A program made the position numbers and the translations under genes. 39,896 nt of DNA from Macrostomum lignano (lineage: Eukaryota): contig NIVC01000824.1 of assembly GCA_002269645.1 (NCBI GenBank), forward strand, positions 1 through 39,896. The letters run 5' to 3'. Every line of letters begins with the position of its first letter. Within the stretch, counting starts at the first letter, position 1. Of the stretch, positions 10,701-21,676 are shown in pieces. Under the pieces are notes generated by a model that made no database searches, was not told where the DNA came from, and saw only the letters and a list, made by a program, of their open reading frames with translations.

Positions 10701-13700
10701 GGCACATCAGAACGCCGCGGCCCACTAAGTACTGCGGATTATAACGGAATTTAAATGGTTGAAGGTGGAAAAAGACTGATAAAAATTTGACTTGGGTTAC
10801 CAGAGGCTAATAAAGTGCAGTTTTAATACAATCTACGTGTCAATAGGGCACAAGAATGTGAAGTGAGGCTTCAATGATCTGAGTTTGAAATCAGATTGAC
10901 GTCTTGTCAATGATTGTCTGACACTCGTCGGATTTGACTTCAATTTCAATTTTCCATGGCTTAAAGCTTCTACATGTATTCCTTGCCGATGAAGATGCAC
11001 GTGAACAGACATCCCGACGGCGACAGCGGAGAAAAATTGTCAATGGTTTTACGAGAATCGGAACCTCGAGCCGGAACGGCATCTCTTTTCGGTGTGCTCA
11101 GGCTTTGCATTGTTTATAATAATTAATAATATTAATAATAATAATAATTGATCACACCTGCCCTAATAGACAGATGTGCAACCGACAGCTCAGCCGCAGC
11201 TATTGCGCGGCGCATCTGAAGGCTGCGTACGGCTGTTCAGTCCAAGGACTGGGGGGTCGCCACACACAGCCTTAATTACCCCAGCTAATGCTGGCACTCA
11301 TTTTACAGCTGAGTGAACTGAAGCAATGCAGAGTTAAGTGTCTTAAGTGTCAAGGATACAAATTGTTCCAGTGGAATCGGGAATCGAACCCCCGACCTTC
11401 AAGTCGTGAGTTCTACGCTCTGACCATTAGGCTACAACCGCACTGTCTATAGAGCTGATTAAATCTCTATGCTATACCAGCACTCATTTTTCTTCAAATA
11501 TTCAAGTGATAATAAGTTAACTGAATCGCTTAAGAACAAAGGCTCTTCTCACGGCAGGCTAGATCAGTGTTTAGAGAATCGAGAGAGTTGAAACACCGGT
11601 GCACAGGACATGTACATACTCGTATATTGCATGAGAAGCATCGCCAGCTACTGAGACATCACCTTACAGAAAGCGACAATCGGGTATTGGATGACAGGTG
11701 CCGGCATTTAAATGGCACAAGATAGCTAAGATGGTAGAAAACAGCCCCCTGGTAGCTACACTGTTTAACAGCCACACAGCTCACAGTGACGTATCCAAGA
11801 CAGGTCGGCCGACCGAGCTGATGCTTGCAGACGTTGCCTTCTGAATCTGAAGCCGTGGAGTTGTCGATACTTCGTGCGCTGCAATGCAAGGGATGTGATG
11901 ATGCGTTGCTGAGAGGCAGTTAGGAAAAACAGCTGATGCCGAAGCCTAAACAGCTGGTATTAAATAATGCTTACGTGAATACAAAGATGCAGTTAACGAT
12001 TTGCTCAACAATAACCCCATAGTTGTTGTACGTGTAAGTATCTCGAATGAACTTGAGCTCGTTCCGGCTAGGAATGTCATAATCTCTAGCCAATAGATTC
12101 CAAGGCAAGTGCAGACTGGTCACCATCAAGTAGGTATTTAGTGGTCTGAGAAGCTACAAAATTATTAATATTTGCTATAGTCATTCAAGGACAAGGCAAA
12201 CCTCGCAGAGCAGTGATCAAAGCTTACCGTGTTTGCGTAGTTGACCACTTGTTTAGCTATGTTGCTCATTTCAGCTTGGTTCCGATTCGTGCGTTTCTCC
12301 TGTTTGAGAATGTTTTCGGTGATGCGGCTGCTATGAGAAAAAGAGCTGCTACTGTAGAGTTTCATTCATTCATAAAACGCTACTGTAAGTAGAGTAACGC
12401 AAAAACGCGCAGAAAAACTTAAACTATGAATCACGTTACTATTTATGTTTCGCAAAATTTTCCTATAAATACAAGCCAAAATTAAAGCGGAAATCTCAGA
12501 CTCGGAACAGCCTCAGAAGAGACTCATCCAGAACAACCACTGGAAAGGGGCTACATCTCTGAGAGAAACGTATACCGATTGGCAAGACTTTGTTGAAGTC
12601 GTTATTTGATTATTGAGTGTTGAGTCATTTTCGGCCGTGACTGATCAGTTGATTTCTGTTGAGTTATTGAATTAAAGGCCTCCATATTCATATTCCTAAG
12701 GGATTGGATAGGATCCACTGGACCGATTCCGATACTCTTGACGATTATCGATTTTTATTGACTTTGGCACCCTGGAGTACCAGATCGAGGCACACGACTC
12801 CCATTCCGTTATTTCTAGAAGAAGACGCCCTTTCTGGAGGACCTCGCGCTATTATTAGGGCGCATCTCTGATTCTGATTACTGATCTCGAGGAATACATT
12901 CCAAGAAACTCCGGAGGAAGACTACATTGAGGAGACGAGCTCTGCCGACCTGCCCGACAAAGAGGAAGAGCCCGCGACAGTACTTGATCACTAAATTCTG
13001 TTCCCAGACTTGCGGTCTGAAAGTATAGGAGTTCTTGAGCGACTGATCACCACCCCTAAACTCTTCACTACGAGCGTAGGAAGCGAGAAACTTACAAACT
13101 CCCTGTCCAAGTAGAGATGCAGCTTGACAATGTAGGGCCCGAATTTGGTCAGGAATCTGAACTGCTGGCTGAGGCTGATGTTCGCCCGAGTGAACTGCAG
13201 CCGGCCAGCTTGGTTGATTTTTCTAGAGCGCGGCGTTGCGTATCTGCGAGTCCTGCTGAGCTGCTCCATCGGCGGCGCAGTGAGGATTGCAGTTCGTGAG
13301 TGGTTTTGTGTGAGGAAGCGCATGACTGAATTCGTGACTGGGTGAGACAGATGTGCAACCGATAGCTCAGCCGCAGCTATTGCGCGGCGCATCGGAAGGC
13401 TGCGTACGGCTGTTCAGTCCGAGGACTGACAGGGGGGGGTCGCCACACACACCCTTAACTACCCCAGCTAATGCTGGCACTCATTTTACAGCTGAGTGAA
13501 CTGAAGCAATGCAGAGTTAAGTGTCTTAAGTGTTAAGGATACAAATTGTTCCAGTGGAATCGGGAATCGAACCCCCGACCTTCAAGTCGTGAGTCCAACG
13601 CTCTGACCACTAGGCCACAACTCCTGCTCGAAAGCTCATGAAAGTGTTTTTTAATAAATTGAATAAATTCAGAATACACGAGTACTCAAGGACGACTCAA

Positions 13701-14317
13701 GTAGGAGGACGGGAAACCTCGTTTCTTTGAAAATTTTTGAAGGCAGGTTTTCCAAAAAATACACTACAGAGATAGGAAATTTTCATTTTTTCAGCACAAA
13801 AATTGTTATTGCTTTTGATAGGAGGCAGATCCAGTGTTATCTTTTGATATGCTGTGCCTTTCTTATTGCTTTATTGATATTCATAGAGCTTTTCGTTCAG
13901 AAAATTAGGATTCTATCTTAACTTTTTATTCTACGTACATTTGCACGTGTCTTCTGCCTAAAAACCATTAAAATGGCACGGCTCGGCTCTTTAGTTTTAT
14001 GAGTCTATTTTATCACCCTTAGCTGAATGTGTCACAAATATGTGTAACAACGATGATAATCGACGAAAAGCTTTCCCGTCCTCCTACTTGAGTTGTCCTT
14101 GCGAGTATTCTGAATGAGAGTTAGTGAGTAAGCTGTATTACTGTTACCAGGTACATTGTCTTACCTGTTCAGATGCGGATGCTGCCTCTGTACCAGCCGG
14201 GTCAGGACTTGCGTCATCATTGTGCTCGACAGACTCACCGAGGCAAACAGACGCCTCTGGAAGCAGCGCAGCGAAGATGCTCGCGCTGACAAGTAACCAA
14301 GTGGCTAGCAAGTGCAT
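7740..14317 (-). CDS. ADAM/reprolysin-type zinc metalloprotease-disintegrin, paralog 1 (516 aa); exons 14317-14239, 14187-14165, 13260-13096, 12299-12228, 12153-11975, 11878-11785, 9396-9123, 8590-8347, 8160-7740
   Basis: Signal [19 protein letters not shown], furin-like [16 protein letters not shown], Met-turn CLMD, disintegrin [15 protein letters not shown]...CNFPEFC. All GT-AG with matching phases; 1551 nt in frame. Confidence 0.9.
8615..9085 (+). mobile_element. SINE family B, diverged copy carrying an internal 41-bp tandem array
   Basis: Shares GAGGGCCAAC..CAAGGC..AGTGTACATG..AAAGTCA..CTGTACAC..GTGCCTGC..CTCAGG..GCGGAATG with the copies at 10426 and 19041. Confidence 0.7.
8867..9070. 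repeat. 41-bp tandem repeat, 5 copies (TACAATATTGGCACGCTTGTACATGTATGTGCTCAGGAGTG)
   Basis: Units start at 8867, 8908, 8949, 8990 and 9031. Confidence 0.97.
10426..10738 (-). mobile_element. tRNA-derived SINE family B
   Basis: Reverse complement closely matches 19041-19407: B-box GCTCGATTCC, central domain, A-rich CTAATAAAA tail. Confidence 0.85.
11171..11439 (-). mobile_element. tRNA-derived CORE-like SINE family A, copy 1
   Basis: Minus-strand head with A-box TAGCCTAATGG and B-box GGTTCGATTCC; CORE-like ACTTAAC..CTGTAAAATG; near-identical to three other copies. Confidence 0.9.
13348..13621 (-). mobile_element. SINE family A, copy 2
   Basis: Near-identical to copy 1, including a ~47-bp 3' extension and the diagnostic GTGTCTTAAGTGT variant. 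Confidence 0.9.
13687..14101. mobile_element. MITE with 30-bp TIRs and 8-bp TSD (P-element- or hAT-like non-autonomous element)
   Basis: TIR CAAGGACGACTCAAGTAGGAGGACGGGAAA at 13687-13716 versus its inverse at 14072-14101 (29/30). Flanks are CGAGTACT and CGAGTATT. Confidence 0.85.
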
Positions 14318-14943
14318 TTCTCTATAGCAGCTGCAATCTCATCCAAAGCAAAATCTTGCTCCCAGCGTAAACTCTTTCCCAGCGCACTGCTGAATACATA
14401 GACCAAATTTGTTGAATCGAAAATAATTTGTTTGTCTAAAAATAGCTCGAGTTCTTTCCTCAGTGTAGCTATCGCTCAGTTTATTTGCTTCGTATGATTT
14501 CGAATCGATAGGAAAAGTTAAAAGGCTACAGAAAACAAAAGTACAAGTGAACCTAGGCCTTAAACTAACGGGAATAGCTATTATTACAGTTTATTAAGCT
14601 CATGAAGCGTTGGTCCAGCTTTCTCCATGGAAGCCTCTGTGTTCGCTTTGCTTTCCAGGAAGAGACACCTGGTCTGCAATTCGCCAGATTTGTAGTCTAC
14701 ATAAAACCAGACCTTTTCGACACCTCTTCGCGGTTTCTTTGTTTCATCTTAAAGTTGAGTGAACTTTTACCAGCTTACCAGCAATAGGGTTCAAGGAAGC
14801 AGTTACCCCTAGCGGAACTCGTTAAGAACGAGATATTTGTCTAATTTTGAATAGTACGTGTAGAGTGAGAAAATCACTGCAGAGCTCTTTGCAAATATCG
14901 TCACTGGGAAAGTCACAAGAGTTCCTTAAGCTAATCTCTGGCA

Positions 14944-17900
14944 CTATAGTATGCATTCAGATTCGAATGAATATCGGAATTCCAACAGGTAAGGCAAGAT
15001 GCCCAGAGCAACGGAAGCCGCGACAACCAACGGGCCGCTCCGCAGATGCTGAGCAGCCTGGTCAGTTTCTTTAACTATCGGCTTTTGACTGGCTTTAGCG
15101 GCGCTATCCGATACAGTCTCGTTGAGACTGTCCGTCCATTCCTCGATCTGCTCAGCAGGGCCGGGGTTGTGCCTTTTCTTGCACCCGCCATCGCTGGCCG
15201 GCACCATCCAGCCGCCGTGGCACTTCGGCCCGCTGTACTTGGCGACCCGTCTCGGCGGCAGGCAGTAACCAAGTCTGCACAGGCCGCCCGTCGCCTTGTC
15301 GCACAGCCAGTCGGGCAGCACAGAGACATCCGGCGGACAAACTGACGATTTACCATCGCAGAACTCCGGGAAGTCGCATCTGGAAGGAGGTGACAAGTGA
15401 ATCTGGCTGACGAATTTCTCGCGAATTATTCACGTTTGACCCTCATAAGCTCGTTTTAACCGATTAAATCAAGTACATTTCCAACAGAGCGGACCAAATA
15501 ATATTAATATTACTATTACTATTATTATTATTACTAAGCAAACCTGGGATCTTCGGCCAGTCTGCACAGAGTGCCCGCGGCCAGCGGGCTGCACGAAGTC
15601 GTGTTGCAGCAGTCGCCAGTTGCGCACGCTGCGCCTTTGACCAGCTTGCAGGCGTCGGCCTGGCAGCAGCGATCCTTTCTGCAGGCGAGCGGCCCGCCGC
15701 AGTCGCACTCTTCGCCAGGCTCGACAATCCCGTTGCCGCAGGTCGGTCCCCAGTCCTTCGAGTACTCAACGGTGATGCTTTGTCCGTCTGGAGATCACAC
15801 AAAATTTGAATGGTTGCAGTTTCAATGTTCAGAAAGCCCATAATCAAAACTTGGGCCGACAAGCCACTTTCCAACTCAGCAATGTAAACAATCTAGGACT
15901 GGCGCGAGGCTTCCCAAGGTTTAACAACTTACAAAATGCAGTTGGATCCACAGTTGAACGTGGAAGAAACCCTCTGGCCAAGACTACCCAGCCGTCTGAT
16001 GCGAGCTAGTAAGCAAACACAGAGCATCTGAAGGCTGCTTACGGCTGTTCAGTCCAAGGACTGGGGGGTCATCACTCACCACACACCCCAATTGCCTCAG
16101 CTAATGCTGGCACCCATTTTACAGCTGGGTGAACTGAAGCAATGCAGAGTTAAGTGTCTTGCTTAAGGACATAAATTGTTCCAGTGGGATCGGGAATCGA
16201 ACCCCCGACCTTCAAGTCGTGAGTCCAACGCTCTGACCACTAGGCTACAACCCCTGCTATCAGATTAATGATGTTAAGTCCTCGCTTCTTTCCAATGCGA
16301 ACGCCCCAGCAAGCAAAGTTGGGGACATGAGGACCCAGCCTTCATATACAATGGAAGGGATTTTGCGATAAACCAGTATAAAACCTTGTACAAGTACAGC
16401 CCAAGAAAGAAAGTTCGCTTATCCTCCTCGCCTTAGTTTTCTGTCCCACCCTTGGCCTGCTACTCGAATCTCGACTTTGGAGACTGAGTATAACAGAGAC
16501 TAAGTTGAACGAAAACTTGACTTAAACAATAATCTGACCTTCAACTTGTGGCCTCCTTGGCCTGGCACTAACGCTTGAGCATTGAATCGTAGAACAAAAG
16601 CCACAAAGACTAGAGCAAACAAAGCGTACAGTATTGCACTCTGGCTCACCCTCGCGAGCTCCAGAGCTCCAGTTGGCGGACAGGCAGGCCTTCCCTAGCG
16701 CCAGAGCATCGAGAGACTCGGCCAACTTGTCGATGCTGCAAGTGGACCAGCCAATCGGACTTTTCTCATCGTCCATGCCTACGTATTGGTCCATCAGGCA
16801 GCGGGAGAACTCGCACCGGCACTTGTCGTCGGCGTTGTCGTGGCCGCAGCCAACTCGGTGGCTGATCTCGTGGGCCAGAGCGACTCCAGCTGTTACGATG
16901 TAGTTTGGCTTGTTCGTCTCCAGCTGTGAATTATGAGCAAGAGTTATCATTCAATGCGTAAAAACAGGCAGAGGGTCAAGCACCAGAACGGAGCCCAAAG
17001 TAAAGCTTTGGATCAAGCAAAACTACAATTTATCATTTGTGGGACAAGTTGATAAAAATGCCGCAAATAAAAACAATGGAATTGGATTTGCAAGTCAACT
17101 TAAGCCTCTTACATCATGGAGAGGCTATAGTTACGCCAAGTTTCAATTTTCATCATAAAAATGGTTCATTCAACCGTTCCCTCACCATGACGAAGCCTTT
17201 GCATTTCGGCTTGCCGTAGTCTTTCTTGCAAGGGTGACCGGATGAGTCCGAAATTGAGTAGTTCATATGGTCCCGGCCTCTGCAAAATTGAAAGAAAAAA
17301 TCTAATTGAAAGTGCTTCAGCTCAGAAACTGTAAACAAATTGACACGAATTCAGCAATATTTTTATTAACTCACAGGAAAATAAAAACGCAATTAATGAC
17401 CTCTTCAAACATGTAAGAGTAATACTGGTAGTTGTAATCGTTCAGAAAATATAATATGTCATTGCTTCGTGGTTCCAGACTTGACCCGACATGCTTCGAC
17501 GGAATGTGCGTGCTCGCCACCATGATGTAGAAGTTGAATGGCCTCAACAACTGCAATCACAAGCAAGGTGTTTGATGTGAGCAACTTTAACATAAATGAA
17601 AAATATTTGTTACAGGCTTCAGAGCGAGTCTAAGTCTCCGGAGGTTTCAACTTCCGTCAGAGTCACTGTGCAAGTGTCAGGGTCGGTTAGAGTAGCTTGT
17701 GGAGTCAGGGTCGATCAGTGCAGCTTGTGGAGTCAGGGTCGGTCAGAGTAGCTTGTGGAGTCAGGGTCGGTCAGAGTAGCTTGTGGAGTCAGGGTCGGTC
17801 AGAGCAGCTTGTGGAGTCAGGGTCGGTCAGAGTAGCTTGTGGAGTCAGGGTCGGTCAGAGTAGCTTGTGGAGTCAGGGTCGGTCAGAGCAGCTTGTGGAG

Positions 17901-20511
17901 TCAGGGTCGGTCAGAGTAGCTTGTGGAGTCAGGGTCGGTCAGAGCAGCTTGTGGAGTCAGGGTCAGTCAGAGTAGCTTGTGGAGTCAGGGTCGGTCAGAG
18001 TAGCTTGTGAAGTCAGGGTCGGTCAGAGCAGCTTGTGGAGTCAGGGTCGGTCAGAGCAGTTTGTGGAGTCAGGGTCGGTCAGAGTATCTTGTGGAGTCAG
18101 GGTCGGTCAGAGTAGCTTGTGGAGTCAGGGTCGGTCAGAGTAGCTTGTGGAGTCAGGGTCGGTCAGAGTATCTTGTGGAGTCAGGGTCGGTCAGAGTAGC
18201 TTGTGGAGTCAGGGTCGGTCAGAGTAGCTTGTGGAGTCAGGGTCGGTCAGAGTAGCTTGTGAAGTCAGGGTCGGTCAGAGCAGCTTGTGGAGTCAGGGTC
18301 GGTCAGAGCAGCTTGTGGAGTCAGGGTCGGTCAGAGCAGCTTGTGGAGTCAGGGTCGGTCAGAGTAGCTTGTGGAGTCAGGGTCGGTCAGAGCAGCTTGT
18401 GGAGTCAGGGTCGGTCAGAGCAGCTTGTGGAGTCAGGGTCGGTCAGAGCAGCTTGTGGAGTCAGGGTCGGTCAGAGCAGCTTGTGGAGTCAGGGTCGGTC
18501 AGAGTAGCTTGTGAAGTCAGGGTCGGTCAGAGCAGCTTGTGGAGTCAGGGTCGGTCAGAGCAGCTTGTGGAGTCAGGGTCGGTCAGAGCAGCTTGTGGAG
18601 TCAGGGTCGGTCAGGATCATACCGAGTTGGCAAAGTTGACGACCTTCTTTGCCGTCGCGATCAGGTTTTTAGTGCTTTTCATCAGGCTCTCCTAAAACAG
18701 TGTTTAAAGTTGATCTGATCACGTTTTGGATTCTGCTAGCATAGCAACAAAGCAATCGTGAATCAAAGTGCATTGCATACCAGATCTTTTTCTAGGTAGA
18801 GATGCAGCCTAATTATATAAGGCCCGAATTTGGTCAAGAATCTGCTCTGCTGGTTTATGCTAACATTGACGCGAGTGAACTGGAATCTGTACTTTAGATC
18901 TACTTTGTGATTGCGCATTCGAGGATCGTATCTGCGCACCCGACTTAGCAGCTGAAATATTTTAGCGCGGTTTAAATGAGTGAACTTCAATTCACGAAGT
19001 ATGAGTTTCTGAGTGAGTTTATAAGTGAATTTATGAGTGAGGGGGGCCGTAGCCCAGCGGTAGCGCAGCTGCTCTGGTGTGCCAGCGACCCAGGCTCGAT
19101 TCCAAGTGAAGCCACATTAATTTGGGGCTGAATTGGAATCTCGGCTTGGCTCTGCTCGTGCAATTAACGGCCTTGAGAGCCAACCCCCCAAGGCGCAGTG
19201 AAGTGTACATGCCTAACGATAATATAAAGTTAGGGCCGCTGTACACTCCTGTGTGAGTGTGTGCCTGCGTACGTATCCGCGCGCTTGTATGCCTGCTCAG
19301 GGGAGTCGGCGGAATGGGCAGTAATGCCTCTCGCCAGTTGTGTGCCTATGTCGCTTAAAGTGCGCCAGGGTGCACACAACCCCCCTGCCTCTAATAAAAT
19401 AAAAAAATTTATGAGTGTCTGTAAGTGAGTTGATGAGTATGTTCAATAGCGAGTTCATGAGTGAGTTTATGTGCGAGTTCAATATTGAGTTTATGAGTGA
19501 GTTTATGAGCCAGTTTATGAGCCAGTTTATGAGTGAGTACAATATTGAGTTTATGAGTGAGTTTATGAGCCAGTTTATGCGCCAGTTTATGAGTGAGTTC
19601 AATATTGAGTTTATGAGTGAGTTTATGAGCCAGTTTATGAGCCAGTTTATGAGTGAGTGATTTTCAGTGCTACAAGCAAAGCCTCTCACCATCTCAGCCG
19701 GGGTCTCCGTTGCCGGTTCTGCAGGTTTGCAATGGAATGGTTTTGTTAAAATTTAATTTGCTGAAGTTAGGATGAACTTCACTGCAATGAAGCAGAAGCA
19801 TTATCATCTTTTGTGGGAAAAATTGTTCTAATTTTTCTGGAATTGGTTGCAGATCTTACTATTTGAGCATTGATTGTCAAGCGCACACACAACATTGCAC
19901 AAATACTAAAATAACTAGTTGGGCCACTCAGCTCATTTACGTGTAAGCTACTTTCAGTTCAGTAGTATGTTAAACAGACGCATTTTAATGTATTTTTAAA
20001 GCCTAGGCTCATTTATTTGCTCTCTTACCCCCAGCTTAAGCCCTCCAACCGCGCCTTTCCACAGTTCCCCCCGCCCCGCCCCAATTTTTATTGTCTTTCT
20101 CGGAATTCCAGCCTAAAGCTGCCATGTACATTTTAGTGGACTGGCTAATGTACATTACTGCTGAACCAATTAGCAAGTTGTTTACGCCTGCAAGCTTGGG
20201 TTTCTAAGCTTATCAAAGTCATTTCAGCTGCCTTGATTTTTATAAAATAGCTTATGTATTCTTTATTGCTACTGAACTGAAAGTAGAAAGCTGTTTTACT
20301 AAGTATATGTGCCTGAGTGGCCCATCTAGTTATTTTAGTATCTGTAAGCGCACCTAAGATGCATCGATCTACATTTAATATCAGACAAGTGTCAGGTTAA
20401 GACAGCAATTGATCCACCACCAGCCAAGTGCCTACCTTGATTTCCAACGATCAAATTAAGCACCACCAAAGCATTGACGAAAACCAAACAGATGTTTTTT
20501 AAATGCAGCAT
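14944..20511 (-). CDS. ADAM/reprolysin-disintegrin paralog 2 (522 aa); exons 20511-20436, 19718-19690, 18951-18781, 18691-18623, 17550-17375, 17279-17186, 16923-16650, 15787-15544, 15379-14944
   Basis: Signal [43 protein letters not shown], disintegrin domain. Same exon phases as paralog 1; 1569 nt in frame. Confidence 0.9.
16030..16252 (-). mobile_element. SINE family A, copy 3
   Basis: Same tRNA head, CORE-like domain and tail as the other copies. Confidence 0.9.
17680..18614. repeat. 28-bp minisatellite (GAGYAGCTTGTGGAGTCAGGGTCGGTCA), about 33 copies, in a paralog 2 intron
   Basis: Direct tandem units filling most of intron 17551-18622. Confidence 0.97.
18975..19660. repeat. 12-bp array (ATGAGTGAGTTT-like) interrupted by a SINE B
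   Basis: Degenerate units at 18975-19040 and regular units at 19408-19660. Confidence 0.85.
19041..19407 (+). mobile_element. tRNA-derived SINE family B, apparently full length
   Basis: A-box TAGCCCAGCGG, B-box GGCTCGATTCC, A-rich tail AATAAAATAAAAAAA. AATTTATGAGTG lies on both sides (19028-19039, 19406-19417). Confidence 0.88.
19900..20344. mobile_element. MITE family 2, copy 1 (~445 bp, imperfect long TIRs)
   Basis: Left TACTAAAATAACTAGTTGGGCCACTCAG..CTACTTTCAGTTCAGTAG is inverted at the right end. A second copy lies at 26163-26602. Confidence 0.85.
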
Positions 20512-21200
20512 GGGCGGCGAACATTCAGCTTTTGACGTTTTTATTTATATGAACTATTTGTCTTCTCAAAAAATCACTAGAATTGTTATTTCTCATTTTT
20601 GTTGGGCTTAGCTAATGCAAAGTCCAAAATCAATCTGTCTATGGTACGGTTTAGTGATTTACATTAAATTCGATTAGCAACAATTACAATATTGGCGGCA
20701 GGGGTGGATTACATGATCGAGAAAACTACAAGTGACAATTTGTCAAGCGACTACGCTTTTGTGGCCAAGCAATCACTGGAATTCTCTGGAGCACATGGCA
20801 TTTAATTAAAATTTGACAAGTAGTCCGTGCGCTTGTCAAGTGTGCATTCAAGCTTTTACTCTCAGTTTTGCAAGCGATCAGCGTGATGTTTAGCGATGGT
20901 GAGGATGAGGACCTTCCGCTTCTTTATTGTCCTTCATTTGAAAAAGGGAAACAAATGTCAAATAACAAATAGGGAGGCTAAACAATCATCTTCTACGAGA
21001 TTAAAGATGCAGAAAGCCTGCTCACTCCGAATAAAACTAAATCTTAATTCAGTAATTACAATAATTACGATAATTAATATGTAGCAGACCGAGAGACGGG
21101 CTAAGAAACCTGGCGATAATATCTACACATTTTGGCCCATAGACATGGAATTTCGGGGGAGCACTTTTGAAAATCGTCAATTGTTTTGTAAAAGCTTCAT

Positions 21201-21419
21201 GAAGGCTGCGTACGGCTGCTCAGTCCAAGGACTGAGGGGTCGCCACACACACCCCCAATTGCCCAAGCTAATGCTGGCACCCATTTTACAGCTGGGTGAA
21301 CTGAAGCAGTGCAGAGTTAAGTGTCTTGCTCAAGGACACAAATTTTCCAGTGGGATCGAGAATCGAACCCCCGGACCTTCAAGTCGTGAGTTCTACGCTC
21401 TGACCACTAGGCTACAACC
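21201..21419 (-). mobile_element. SINE family A, copy 4
   Basis: Minus strand reads TGTGTCCTTGAGCAAGACACTTAACTCTGCACTGCTTCAGTTCACCCAGCTGTAAAATGGG after the tRNA head. Confidence 0.9.
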
Positions 21420-21676
21420 TCTTGCTTAGAGCATGTTATTGTAGTTACATGCTTCAACTCACTTGGACAGCCATTTCGGTTCTGATACAATTTGAAAAGT
21501 TGCTTGACTTCGATTTTGGACTAGAAACAACGAAAATATTTCCGCTTAAACCTTAAATTTGAAGCACTCCATCGCCTGTCTGTTATGCAGATGAGTGAGA
21601 AAAAAACATCAAAAAGCTGCACTCCAGCCAAAATTTAACTCTTCTACTATTGCTACGACGGCAGCATGGCTATCGT

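Noticed and set aside
10940-11095. IFIGKEYM resembling the ADAM IFLGRDHM junction
   Set aside because: Paralog 1 already has complete matching exons at 11785-12153; this string ends in a stop and lacks good splice sites.
19850-20365. Idea that MITE 2 split the first exon of paralog 2
   Set aside because: The rejoined peptide is not hydrophobic; a proper signal exon exists at 20436-20511.
9630-21419. Functional tRNA genes at the A/B-box sites, including the degenerate one at ~9631-9690
   Set aside because: No complete cloverleaf is evident, and most continue into repeated SINE bodies.
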